Part shown: positions 1 to 15,000 of the stretch, in pieces
Layout of the letters: each line of letters starts with the position of its first letter
Numbering within the stretch: the first letter of the stretch is position 1
Assembly: GCA_964016885.1 (NCBI GenBank)
Contig: OZ024745.1
Span: forward strand, 5,270,001 to 5,334,000
DNA length: 64,000 nt
DNA from: Eledone cirrhosa
Taxonomy: Eukaryota
Reading direction: 5' to 3'
Notes under the pieces: model-generated
The model's database searches: none
Told to the model about the DNA's origin: nothing
Seen by the model: the letters and a program-made list of their open reading frames with translations, nothing else
Position numbers and translations under genes: made by a program

Positions 1-3000
1 TAGAGATAGTAGTATACTAGGTAGTGATAGTAGTATACTAGGTAGAGATAGTAGTATACTAGGTAGAAATAGTTGTATACAAGGTAACGATAGTAGTACA
101 CTAGGTTGTGATAGTAGTATACTAGGTAGGGATAGTAGTGTACTAGGTAGAGATAGTAGTATACTAGGTAGATAGTAGTATACTAGGTAGATATAGTAGT
201 ATACTAGGTAGAGATAGTAGTATACGAGGTAGAGATGGTAGTATACTAGGTAGGGATAGTAGTGTACTAGGTAGAGATAGTACTATACTAGGTAGAGATG
301 GTAGTATACTAGGTAGAGATAGTAGTATACTAGATAGATAGTAGTATACTAGGTAGATATAGTAGTATACTAGGTAGAGATAGTAGTGTACTAGGTAGAG
401 ATAGTAGTATACTAGGTAGAGATAGTATACTAGGTAGAGTTAGTAGTATACTAGGTAGAGATAGTATACTAGGTAGAGTTAGTAGTATACTAGGTAGAGA
501 TGGTAGTATACTAGGTAGAGATAGTACTATACTAGGTAGAGATGCTAGTATACTAGGTAGAGATGGTAGTATACTAGGTAGAGATAGTAGTATATTAGGT
601 AGTGATAGAAGTGTACTAGCTAGAGATAGTACTATACTGGGTAGAGATAGTAGTATACTAGTTAGAGATAGTAGTATACTAGGTAGAGATAGTAGTATAC
701 TAGGTAGAGATAGTAGTGTACTAGGTAGAGATAGTAGTATACTAGGTAGAGATGGTAGTATACTAGGTAGAGATAGTATACTAGGTAGAGATGGTAGTAT
801 ACTAGGTAGAGATAGTACTATACTAGGTAGAGATGGTAGTATACTAGGTAGAGTTAGTAGTATACTAAGTAGATATAGTAGTATAACTAGGTAGAGATAG
901 TAGTATGCTAGGTATAGATAGTAGTATACTAGGTAGAGATAGTAGTGTACTAGGGAGAGATAGTACTATACTAGGTAGAGATAGTAGTATACTAGGTAGA
1001 GATAGTAGTATACTAGGTAGAGATAGTAGTGTACTAGGGAGAGATAGTAGTATACTAGGTAGAGATAGTAGTATACTAGGTAGAGATAGTAGTATACTAG
1101 TAGTATACTAGGTAGAGATAGTAGTATACTAGTTAGAGATGGTAGTATACTAGGTAGAGTTAGTAGTATACTAGGTAGAGATAGTAGTATACTAGGTAGA
1201 GATATTACAATACTAGGGAGAGATAGTACTATACTAGGTAGAGATGGTAGTATACTAGGTAGAGATAGTAGTATACTAGGTAGAGTTAGTAGTATACTAG
1301 GTAGATATAGTAGTATACTAGGTAGAGATAGTAGTGTACTAGGTAGAGATAGTAGTATACTAGGTAGAGATGGTAGTATACTAGGTAGAGATGCTAGTAT
1401 ACTAGGTAGAGATGGTAGTATACTAGGGAGAGATAGTATACTAGGTAGAGATGGTAGTATACTAGGTAGAGATAGTACTGTACTAGGTAGAGATGCTAGT
1501 ATACTAGGTAGAGATAGTAGTATACTAGGTAGAGATAGTAGTGTACTAGGTAGAGATAGTACTATACTAGGTAGAGGTAGTAGTATACTAGTTAGAGATA
1601 GTAGTATACTAGGTAGAGATAGTAGTATACTAGGTAGAGATAGTAGTGTACTAGGTAGAGATAGTAGTATTCTAGGTATAGATAGTAGTATACTACGTAG
1701 AGATAGTACTATACTAGGTAGAGATAGTAGTATACCAGGTAGAGATAGTAGTATACTAGGTAGAGATAGTAGTATACTAGGTAGAGATAGTAGTATACTA
1801 GGTGGAGATAGTACTATACTAGGTAGAGATAGTAGTATACTAGGTAGAGTTAGTAGTATACTAGGTAGAGATAGTAGTATACTAATTAGAGATAGTAGTA
1901 TACTAGGTAGAGATAGTAGTATACTAAGTAGAGTTAGTAGTATACTAGGTAGAGATAGTAGTATACTAGGTAGAGATAGTAGTATACCAGGTAGAGATAG
2001 TAGTATACTAGGTAGATAGTAGTATACTAGCTATAGATAGTAGTATACTAGGTAGAGATAGTAGTATACTAAGTAGAGTTAGTAGTATACTAGGGAGAGA
2101 TAGTACTATACTAGGTAGAGATAGTAGTATACCAGGTAGAGATAGTAGTATACTAGGTAGAGATAGTAGTATACCAGGTAGAGATAGTAGTATACTAGGT
2201 AGATAGTAGTATACTAGGTATAGATAGTAGTATACTAGGTAGAGATAGTAGTGTACTAGGTAGAGATAGTAGTATACTAGGTATAGATAGTAGTATACTA
2301 GGTAGAGATAGTAGTGTACTAGGGAGAGATAGTACTATACTAGGTAGAGATAGTAGTATACTAGGTAGAGATAGTAGTATACTAGGTAGAGATAGTAGTG
2401 TACTAGGGCGAGATAGTAGTATACTAGGTAGAGATGGTAGTATACTAGGTAGAGATAATAGTATACTAGGTAGAGATAGTAGTATACTAGGTAGAGATAG
2501 TAGTATACTGGGTAGAGATAGTAGTATACTAGGTAGAGATAGTAGTATACTAGGTAGAGATAGTAGTATACTAGGTAGAGATAGTAGTATACTAGGTAGA
2601 GATAGTAGTATACTAGGTAGAGATAGTAGTATACTAGTTAGAGATGGTAGTATACTAGGTAGAGTTAGTAGTATACTAGGTAGAGATAGTAGTATACTAG
2701 TTAGAGATAGTAGTATACTGGGTAGAGATAGTAGTATACTAGGTAGAGATAGTAGTATACTAGGTAGAGATAGTAGTATACTAGGTAGAGATAGTAGTAT
2801 ACTAGGTAGAGATAGTAGTATACTAGTTAGAGATGGTAGTATACTAGGTAGAGTTAGTAGTATACTAGGTAGAGATAGTAGTATACTAGGTAGAGATATT
2901 ACAATACTAGGGAGAGATAGTATTATACTAGGTAGAGATATTACAATACTAGGGAGAGATCGTAGAATACTAGGTAGGGATAGTAGTATACTAGGTAGAG

Positions 3001-6000
3001 TTAGTAGTATACTAGGTAGAGATAGTAGTATACTAGGTAGAGATAGTACTATACTAGGTAGAGATGGTAGTATACTAGGTAGAGATAGCAGTATAGTAGG
3101 TAGAGTTAGTAGTATACTAGGTAGAGATAGTAGTATACTAGGTAGAGTTAGTAGTATACTAGGTAGAGATAGTAGCATACTAGGTAGAGATAGTAATATA
3201 CTAGGTAGAGTTAGTAGTATACTAGGTAGAGATAGTAGTATACTAGGTAGAGATAGTAGTATACTAGGTAGAGTTAGTAGTATACTAGGTAGAGATAGTA
3301 GTATACTAGGTAGAGTTAGTAGTATACTAGGTAGAGATAGTAGTATACTAGGTAGAGATAGTACTATACTAGGTAGAGATGGTAGTATACTAGGTAGAGA
3401 TAGCAGTATAGTAGGTAGATATAGTAGTATACTAGGTAGAGATACTAGTGTACTAGGGAGAGATAGTAGTATACTAGGTAGAGATAGTAGTATACTAGGT
3501 AGAGATAGTAGTATACTAGGTAGAGATAGTAGTATACTAGGTAGAGATAGCAGTATAGTAGGTAGATATAGTAGTATACTAGGTAGAGATAGTAGTATAC
3601 TAGGCAGAGATAGTAGTATATTAGTAGAGATAGTAGTATACTAGGTAGAGATAGTAATATACTAGGTAGAGATGGTAGTATACTAGGTAGAGATGGTAGT
3701 ATACTAGGTAGAGATGGTAATATACTAGGTAGAGATAGTAGTATACTAGGTAGAGATAGTAGTATACTAGGTAGAGATAGTAGTATATTAGGTAGAGATA
3801 GTAGTGTACTAGGGAGAGATGGTAGTATACTAGGTAGAGATAGTACTATACTAGGTAGATATAGTAGTATACTAGGTACAGATAGTAGTATACTAGGCAG
3901 AGATAGTAGTATACTAGTAGAGATAGTACTATACTAGGTAGATATAGTAGTATACTAGGTAGAGATAGTAGTATACTAGGTAGAGATAGTAGTATACTAG
4001 GTAGTGATAGTAGTATACTAGGTAGAGCTAGTAGTATACTAGGTAGAAATAGTTGTATACAAGGTAACGATAGTAGTACACTAGGTTGTGATAGTAGTAT
4101 ACTAGGTAGGGATAGTAGTGTACTAGGTAGAGATAGTAGTATACTAGGTAGATAGTAGTATACTAGGTAGATATAGTAGTATACTAGGTAGAGATAGTAG
4201 TATACGAGGTAGAGATGGTAGTATACTAGGTAGGGATAGTAGTGTACTAGGTAGAGATAGTACTATACTAGGTAGAGATGGTAGTATACTAGGTAGAGAT
4301 AGTAGTATACTAGGTAGATAGTAGTATACTAGGTAGATATAGTAGTATACTAGGTAGAGATAGTAGTGTACTAGGTAGAGATAGTAGTATACTAGGTAGA
4401 GATAGTATACTAGGTAGAGTTAGTAGTATACTAGGTAGAGATAGTATACTAGGTAGAGTTAGTAGTATACTAGGTAGAGATGGTAGTATACTAGGTAGAG
4501 ATAGTACTATACTAGGTAGAGATGCTAGTATACTAGGTAGAGATGGTAGTATACTAGGTAGAGATAGTAGTATATTAGGTAGAGATAGAAGTGTACTAGC
4601 TAGAGATAGTACTATACTGGGTAGAGATAGTAGTATACTAGTTAGAGATAGTAGTATACTAGGTAGAGATAGTAGTATACTAGGTAGAGATAGTAGTGTA
4701 CTAGGTAGAGATAGTAGTATACTAGGTAGAGATGGTAGTATACTAGGTAGAGATAGTATACTAGGTAGAGATGGTAGTATACTAGGGAGAGATAGTATAC
4801 TAGGTAGAGATGGTAGTATACTAGGTAGAGATAGTACTATACTAGGTAGAGATGGTAGTATACTAGGTAGAGTTAGTAGTATACTAGGTAGATATAGTAG
4901 TATACTAGGTAGAGATAGTAGTATGCTAGGTATAGATAGTAGTATACTAGGTAGAGATAGTAGTGTACTAGGGAGAGATAGTACTATACTAGGTAGAGAT
5001 AGTAGTATACTAGGTAGAGATAGTAGTATACTAGGTAGAGATAGTAGTGTACTAGGGAGAGATAGTAGTATACTAGGTAGAGATAGTAGTATACTAGGTA
5101 GAGATAATAGTATACTAGGTAGAGATAGTAGTATACTAGGTAGAGATAGTAGTATACTAGGTAGAGATAGTAGTATACTAGGTAGAGATAGTAGTATACT
5201 AGGTAGAGATAGTAGTATACTAGTTAGAGATGGTAGTATACTAGGTAGAGTTAGTACTATACTAGGTAGAGATAGTAGTATACTAGGTAGAGATAGTACT
5301 ATACTAGGTAGAGATAGTACTATACTAGGTAGAGATAGTACTATACTAGGTAGAGATGGTAATATACTAGGTAGAGATAGTAGTATACTAGGTAGAGATA
5401 GTAGTGTACTAGGGAGAGATAGTACTATACTAGGTAGATATAGTAGTATACTAGGTAGAGATAGTAGTATACTAGGTAGTGATAGTAGTATACTAGGTAG
5501 AGATAGTAGTATACTAGGTAGAAATAGTTGTATACGAGGTAACGATAGTAGTACACTAGGTAGTGATAGTAGTATACTAGGTAGGGATAGTAGTGTACTA
5601 GGTAGAGATAGTAGTATACTAGGTAGATAGTAGTATACTAGGTAGATATAGTAGTATACTAGGTAGAGATAGTAGTATACTAGGTAGAGATGGTAGTATA
5701 CTAGGTAGAGATAGTAGTATACTAGGAAGAGATAGTAGTATACTAGGTAGAGATAGTAGTATACTAGGTAGGGATAGTAGTGTACTAGGTAGAGATAGTA
5801 CTATACTAGGTAGAGATGGTAGTATACTAGGTAGAGATAGTAGTATACTAGGTAGAGATAGTATACTAGGTAGAGTTAGTAGTATACTAGGTAGAGATGG
5901 TAGTATACTAGGTAGAGATAGTACTATACTAGGTAGAGATGCTAGTATACTAGGTAGAGATGGTAGTATACTAGGTAGAGATAGTAGTATACTAGGTAGA

Positions 6001-9000
6001 GATAGTAGTGTACTAGGTAGAGATAGTACTATACTGGGTAGAGATAGTAGTATACTAGTTAGAGATAGTAGTATACTAGGTAGAGATAGTAGTATACTAG
6101 GTAGAGATAGTAGTATACTAGGTAGAGATAATAGTATACTAGGTAGAGATAGTAGTATACTAGGTAGAGATAGTAGTGTACTAGGTAGAGATAGTAGTAT
6201 ACTAGGTAGAGATAGTAGTATACTAGGTAGAGATAATAGTATACTAGGTAGAGATAGTAGTATACTAGGTAGAGATAGTAGTATACTGGGTAGAGATAGT
6301 AGTATACTAGGTAGAGATAGTAGTATACTAGGTAGAGATAGTAGTATACTAGGTAGAGATAGTAGTATACTAGTAGTATACTAGGTAGAGATAGTAGTAT
6401 ACTAGTTAGAGATGGTAGTATACTAGGTAGAGTTAGTAGTATACTAGGTAGAGATAGTAGTATACTAGGTAGAGATATTACAATACTAGGGAGAGATAGT
6501 ACTATACTAGGTAGAGATAGTAGTATACTAGGTAGAGATAATAGTATACTAGGTAGAGATAGTAGTATACTAGGTAGAGATAATAGTATACTAGGTAGAG
6601 ATAGTAGTATACTAGGTAGAGATAGTAGTGTACTAGGTAGAGATAGTAGTATACTAGGTAGAGATAGTACTATACTAGGTAGAGATAGTACTATACTAGG
6701 TAGAGATAATAGTATACTAGGTAGAGATAGTAGTATACTAGGTAGAGATAGTAGTATACTGGGTAGAGATAGTAGTATACTAGGTAGAGATAGTAGTATA
6801 CTAGGTAGAGATAGTAGTATACTAGGTAGAGATAGTAGTATACTAGTAGTATACTAGGTAGAGATAGTAGTATACTAGTTAGAGATGGTAGTATACTAGG
6901 TAGAGTTAGTAGTATACTAGGTAGAGATAGTAGTATACTAGGTAGAGATATTACAATACTAGGGAGAGATAGTACTATACTAGGTAGAGATGGTAGTATA
7001 CTAGGTAGAGATAGTAGTATACTAGGTAGAGATAGTAGTATACTAGGTAGAGTTAGTAGTATACTAGGTAGATATAGTAGTATACTAGGTAGAGATAGTA
7101 GTGTACTAGGTAGAGATAGTAGTATACTAGGTAGAGATGGTAGTATACTAGGTAGAGATGCTAGTATACTAGGTAGAGATGGTAGTATACTAGGGAGAGA
7201 TGGTAGTATACTAGGTAGAGATAGTACTGTACTAGGTAGAGATGCTAGTATACTAGGTAGAGATAGTAGTATACTAGGTAGAGATAGTAGTGTACTAGGT
7301 AGAGATGGTAGTATACTAGGTAGAGATAGTACTGTACTAGGTAGAGATGCTAGTATACTAGCTAGAGATAGTAGTATACTAGGTAGAGATAGTAGTGTAC
7401 TAGGTAGAGATAGTACTATACTAGGTAGAGGTAGTAGTATACTAGTTAGAGATAGTAGTATACTAGGTAGAGATAGTAGTATACTAGGTAGAGATAGTAG
7501 TGTACTAGGTAGAGATAGTAGTATTCTAGGTATAGATAGTAGTATACTACGTAGAGATTGTACTATACTAGGTAGAGATAGTAGTATACCAGGTAGAGAT
7601 AGTAGTATACTAGGTAGAGATAGTAGTATACTAGGTAGAGATAGTAGTATACTAGGTGGAGATAGTACTATACTAGGTAGAGATAGTAGTATACTAGGTA
7701 GAGTTAGTAGTATACTAGGTAGAGATAGTAGTATACTAATTAGAGATAGTAGTATACTAGGTAGAGATAGTAGTATACTAAGTAGAGTTAGTAGTATACT
7801 AGGTAGAGATAGTAGTATACTAGGTAGAGATAGTAGTATACCAGGTAGAGATAGTAGTATACTAGGTAGATAGTAGTATACTAGGTATAGATAGTAGTAT
7901 ACTAGGTAGAGATATTAGTATACTAAGTAGAGTTAGTAGTATACTAGGGAGAGATAGTAGTATACTAGGTAGAGATAGTAGTATACTAGGTAGGGATAGT
8001 AGTGTACTAGGTAGAGATAGTACTATACTAGGTAGAGATGGTAGTATACTAGGTAGAGATAGTAGTATACTAGGTAGAGATAGTATACTAGGTAGAGTTA
8101 GTAGTATACTAGGTAGAGATGGTAGTATACTAGGTAGAGATAGTACTATACTAGGTAGAGATGCTAGTATACTAGGTAGAGATGGTAGTATACTAGGTAG
8201 AGATAGTAGTATACTAGGTAGAGATAGTAGTGTACTAGGTAGAGATAGTACTATACTGGGTAGAGATAGTAGTATACTAGTTAGAGATAGTAGTATACTA
8301 GGTAGAGATAGTAGTATACTAGGTAGAGATAGTAGTATACTAGGTAGAGATAATAGTATACTAGGTAGAGATAGTAGTATACTAGGTAGAGATAGTAGTG
8401 TACTAGGTAGAGATAGTAGTATACTAGGTAGAGATAGTAGTATACTAGGTAGAGATAATAGTATACTAGGTAGAGATAGTAGTATACTAGGTAGAGATAG
8501 TAGTATACTGGGTAGAGATAGTAGTATACTAGGTAGAGATAGTAGTATACTAGGTAGAGATAGTAGTATACTAGGTAGAGATAGTAGTATACTAGTAGTA
8601 TACTAGGTAGAGATAGTAGTATACTAGTTAGAGATGGTAGTATACTAGGTAGAGTTAGTAGTATACTAGGTAGAGATAGTAGTATTCTAGGTAGAGATAT
8701 TACAATACTAGGGAGAGATAGTACTATACTAGGTAGAGATAGTAGTATACTAGGTAGAGATAATAGTATACTAGGTAGAGATAGTAGTATACTAGGTAGA
8801 GATAATAGTATACTAGGTAGAGATAGTAGTATACTAGGTAGAGATAGTAGTGTACTAGGTAGAGATAGTAGTATACTAGGTAGAGATAGTACTATACTAG
8901 GTAGAGATAGTACTATACTAGGTAGAGATAATAGTATACTAGGTAGAGATAGTAGTATACTAGGTAGAGATAGTAGTATACTGGGTAGAGATAGTAGTAT

Positions 9001-12000
9001 ACTAGGTAGAGATAGTAGTATACTAGGTAGAGATAGTAGTATACTAGGTAGAGATAGTAGTATACTAGTAGTATACTAGGTAGAGATAGTAGTATACTAG
9101 TTAGAGATGTTAGTATACTAGGTAGAGTTAGTAGTATACTAGGTAGAGATAGTAGTATACTAGGTAGAGATATTACAATACTAGGGAGAGATAGTACTAT
9201 ACTAGGTAGAGATGGTAGTATACTAGGTAGAGATAGTAGTATACTAGGTAGAGATAGTAGTATACTAGGTAGAGTTAGTAGTATACTAGGTAGATATAGT
9301 AGTATACTAGGTAGAGATAGTAGTGTACTAGGTAGAGATAGTAGTATACTAGGTAGAGATGGTAGTATACTAGGTAGAGATGCTAGTATACTAGGTAGAG
9401 ATGGTAGTATACTAGGGAGAGATGGTAGTATACTAGGTAGAGATAGTACTGTACTAGGTAGAGATGCTAGTATACTAGGTAGATATAGTAGTATACTAGG
9501 TAGAGATAGTAGTGTACTAGGTAGAGATGGTAGTATACTAGGTAGAGATAGTACTGTACTAGGTAGAGATGCTAGTATACTAGGTAGAGATAGTAGTATA
9601 CTAGGTAGAGATAGTAGTGTACTAGGTAGAGATAGTACTATACTAGGTAGAGGTAGTAGTATACTACGTAGAGATAGTACTATACTAGGTAGAGATAGTA
9701 GTATACCAGGTAGAGATAGTAGTATACTAGGTAGAGATAGTAGTATACTAGGTAGAGATAGTAGTATACTAGGTAGAGTTAGTAGTATACTAGGTAGAGA
9801 TAGTAGTATACTAATTAGAGATAGTAGTATACTAGGTAGAGATAGTAGTATACTAAGTAGAGTTAGTAGTATACTAGGTAGAGATAGTAGTATACTAGGT
9901 AGAGATAGTAGTATACCAGGTAGAGATAGTAGTATACTAGGTAGATAGTAGTATACTAGGTATAGATAGTAGTATACTAGGTAGAGATAGTAGTATACTA
10001 AGTAGAGTTAGTAGTATACTAGGGAGAGATAGTACTATACTAGGTAGAGATAGTAGTATACCAGGTAGAGATAGTAGTATACTAGGTAGAGATAGTAGTA
10101 TACCAGGTAGAGATAGTAGTATACTAGGTAGATAGTAGTATACTAGGTATAGATAGTAGTATACTAGGTAGAGATAGTAGTGTACTAGGTAGAGATAGTA
10201 GTATACTAGGTATAGATAGTAGTATACTAGGTAGAGATAGTAGTGTACTAGGGAGAGATAGTACTATACTAGGTAGAGATAGTAGTATACTAGGTAGAGA
10301 TAGTAGTATACTAGGTAGAGATAGTAGTGTACTAGGGCGAGATAGTAGTATACTAGGTAGAGATGGTAGTATACTAGGTAGAGATAATAGTATACTAGGT
10401 AGAGATAGTAGTATACTAGGTAGAGATAGTAGTATACTGGGTAGAGATAGTAGTATACTAGGTAGAGATAGTAGTATACTAGGTAGAGATAGTAGTATAC
10501 TAGGTAGAGATAGTAGTATACTAGGTAGAGATAGTAGTATACTAGGTAGAGATAGTAGTATACTAGTTAGAGATGGTAGTATACTAGGTAGAGTTAGTAG
10601 TATACTAGGTAGAGATAGTAGTATACTAGTTAGAGATAGTAGTATACTGGGTAGAGATAGTAGTATACTAGGTAGAGATAGTAGTATACTAGGTAGAGAT
10701 AGTAGTATACTAGGTAGAGATAGTAGTATACTAGGTAGAGATAGTAGTATACTAGTTAGAGATGGTAGTATACTAGGTAGAGTTAGTAGTATACTAGGTA
10801 GAGATAGTAGTATACTAGGTGGAGATAGTACTATAATAGGTAGAGATAGTAGTATACTAGGTAGAGATAGTAGTATACTAGGTGGAGATAGTACTATACT
10901 AGGTAGAGATAGTAGTATACTAGGTAGAGTTAGTAGTATACTAGGTAGAGATAGTAGTATACTAATTAGAGATAGTAGTATACTAGGTAGAGATAGTAGT
11001 ATACTAGGTAGAGATAGTAGTATACCAGGTAGAGATAGTAGTATACTAGGTAGATAGTAGTATACTAGGTATAGATAGTAGTATACTAGGTAGAGATAGT
11101 AGTATACTAAGTAGAGTTAGTAGTATACTAGGGAGAGATAGTAGTATACTAGGTAGAGATAGTAGTATACTAGGTAGGGATAGTAGTGTACTAGGTAGAG
11201 ATAGTACTATACTAGGTAGAGATGGTAGTATACTAGGTAGAGATAGTAGTATACTAGGTAGAGATAGTATACTAGGTAGAGTTAGTAGTATACTAGGTAG
11301 AGATGGTAGTATACTAGGTAGAGATAGTACTATACTAGGTAGAGATGCTAGTATACTAGGTAGAGATGGTAGTATACTAGGTAGAGATAGTAGTATACTA
11401 GGTAGAGATAGTAGTGTACTAGGTAGAGATAGTACTATACTGGGTAGAGATAGTAGTATACTAGTTAGAGATAGTAGTATACTAGGTAGAGATAGTAGTA
11501 TACTAGGTAGAGATAGTAGTATACTAGGTAGAGATAATAGTATACTAGGTAGAGATAGTAGTATACTAGGTAGAGATAGTAGTGTACTAGGTAGAGATAG
11601 TAGTATACTAGGTAGAGATAGTAGTATACTAGGTAGAGATAATAGTATACTAGGTAGAGATAGTAGTATACTAGGTAGAGATAGTAGTATACTGGGTAGA
11701 GATAGTAGTATACTAGGTAGAGATATTAGTATACTAGGTAGAGATAGTAGTATACTAGGTAGAGATAGTAGTATACTAGTAGTATACTAGGTAGAGATAG
11801 TAGTATACTAGTTAGAGATGGTAGTATACTAGGTAGAGTTAGTAGTATACTAGGTAGAGATAGTAGTATACTAGGTAGAGATATTACAATACTAGGGAGA
11901 GATAGTACTATACTAGGTAGAGATAGTAGTATACTAGGTAGAGATAATAGTATACTAGGTAGAGATAGTAGTATACTAGGTAGAGATAATAGTATACTAG

Positions 12001-15000
12001 GTAGAGATAGTAGTATACTAGGTAGAGATAGTAGTGTACTAGGTAGAGATAGTAGTATACTAGGTAGAGATAGTACTATACTAGGTAGAGATAGTACTAT
12101 ACTAGGTAGAGATAATAGTATACTAGGTAGAGATAGTAGTATACTAGGTAGAGATAGTAGTATACTGGGTAGAGATAGTAGTATACTAGGTAGAGATAGT
12201 AGTATACTAGGTAGAGATAGTAGTATACTAGGTAGAGATAGTAGTATACTAGTAGTATACTAGGTAGAGATAGTAGTATACTAGTTAGAGATGGTAGTAT
12301 ACTAGGTAGAGTTAGTAGTATACTAGGTAGAGATAGTAGTATACTAGGTAGAGATATTACAATACTAGGGAGAGATAGTACTATACTAGGTAGAGATGGT
12401 AGTATACTAGGTAGAGATAGTAGTATACTAGGTAGAGATAGTAGTATACTAGGTAGAGTTAGTAGTATACTAGGTAGATATAGTAGTATACTAGGTAGAG
12501 ATAGTAGTGTACTAGGTAGAGATAGTAGTATACTAGGTAGAGATGGTAGTATACTAGGTAGAGATGCTAGTATACTAGGTAGAGATGGTAGTATACTAGG
12601 GAGAGATGGTAGTATACTAGGTAGAGATAGTACTGTACTAGGTAGAGATGCTAGTATACTAGGTAGATATAGTAGTATACTAGGTAGAGATAGTAGTGTA
12701 CTAGGTAGAGATGGTAGTATACTAGGTAGAGATAGTACTGTACTAGGTAGAGATGCTAGTATACTAGGTAGAGATAGTAGTATACTAGGTAGAGATAGTA
12801 GTGTACTAGGTAGAGATAGTACTATACTAGGTAGAGGTAGTAGTATACTACGTAGAGATAGTACTATACTAGGTAGAGATAGTAGTATACCAGGTAGAGA
12901 TAGTAGTATACTAGGTAGAGATAGTAGTATACTAGGTAGAGATAGTAGTATACTAGGTAGAGTTAGTAGTATACTAGGTAGAGATAGTAGTATACTAATT
13001 AGAGATAGTAGTATACTAGGTAGAGATAGTAGTATACTAAGTAGAGTTAGTAGTATACTAGGTAGAGATAGTAGTATACTAGGTAGAGATAGTAGTATAC
13101 CAGGTAGAGATAGTAGTATACTAGGTAGATAGTAGTATACTAGGTATAGATAGTAGTATACTAGGTAGAGATAGTAGTATACTAAGTAGAGTTAGTAGTA
13201 TACTAGGGAGAGATAGTACTATACTAGGTAGAGATAGTAGTATACCAGGTAGAGATAGTAGTATACTAGGTAGAGATAGTAGTATACCAGGTAGAGATAG
13301 TAGTATACTAGGTAGATAGTAGTATACTAGGTATAGATAGTAGTATACTAGGTAGAGATAGTAGTGTACTAGGTAGAGATAGTAGTATACTAGGTATAGA
13401 TAGTAGTATACTAGGTAGAGATAGTAGTGTACTAGGGAGAGATAGTACTATATTAGGTAGAGATAGTAGTATACTAGGTAGAGATAGTAGTATACTAGGT
13501 ACAGATATTACAATACTAGGGAGAGATAGTATTATACTAGGTAGAGATATTACAATACTAGGGAGAGATAGTAGTATACTAGGTAGAGATAGTAGTATAC
13601 TAGGTAGAGTTAGTAGTATACTAGGTAGAGATAGTAGTATACTAGGTAGAGATAGTACAATACTAGGTAGAGATGGTAGTATACTAGGTAGAGATTGCAG
13701 TATAGTAGGTAGAGTTAGTAGTATACTAGGTAGAGATAGTAGTATACTAGGTAGAGTTAGTAGTATACTAGGTAGAGATAGTAGTATACTAGGTAGAGAT
13801 AGTAGTATACTAGGTAGAGTTAGTAGTATACTAGGTAGAGATAGTAGTATACTAGGTAGAGATAGTAGTATACTAGGTAGAGTTAGTAGTATACTAGGTA
13901 GAGATAGTAGTATACTAGGTAGAGTTAGTAGTATACTAGGTAGAGATAGTAGTATACTAGGTAGAGATAGTACTATACTAGGTAGAGATGGTAGTATACT
14001 AGGTAGAGATAGCAGTATAGTAGGTAGATATAGTAGTATACTAGGTAGAGATAGTAGTATACTAGGCAGAGATAGTAGTATACTAGTAGAGATAGTAGTA
14101 TACTAGGTAGAGATAGTAGTATACTAGGTAGAGATGGTAGTATACTAGGTAGAGATGGTAATATACTAGGTAGAGATAGTAGTATACTAGGTAGAGATAG
14201 TAGTATACTAGGTAGAGATAGTAGTATACTAGGTAGAGATAGTAGTATACTAGGTAGAGATAGCAGTATAGTAGGTAGATATAGTAGTATACTAGGTAGA
14301 GATAGTAGTATACTAGGCAGAGATAGTAGTATACTAGTAGAGATAGTAGTATACTAGGTAGAGATAGTAGTATACTAGGTAGAGATGGTAGTATACTAGG
14401 TAGAGATGGTAGTATACTAGGTAGAGATGGTAATATACTAGGTAGAGATAGTAGTATACTAGGTAGAGATAGTAGTATACTAGGTAGAGATAGTAGTATA
14501 TTAGGTAGATATAGTAGTATACTAGGTAGAGATAGTAGTATACTAGGCAGAGATAGTAGTATACTAGTAGAGATAGTACTATACTAGGTAGATATAGTAG
14601 TATACTAGGTAGAGATAGTAGTATACTAGGTAGAGATAGTAGTATACTAGGTAGTGATAGTAGTATACTAGGTAGAGATAGTAGTATACTAGGTAGAAAT
14701 AGTTGTATACAAGGTAACGATAGTAGTACACTAGGTTGTGATAGTAGTATACTAGGTAGGGATAGTAGTGTACTAGGTAGAGATAGTAGTATACTAGGTA
14801 GATAGTAGTATACTAGGTAGATATAGTAGTATACTAGGTAGAGATAGTAGTATACGAGGTAGAGATGGTAGTATACTAGGTAGGGATAGTAGTGTACTAG
14901 GTAGAGATAGTACTATACTAGGTAGAGATGGTAGTATACTAGGTAGAGATAGTAGTATACTAGGTAGATAGTAGTATACTAGGTAGATATAGTAGTATAC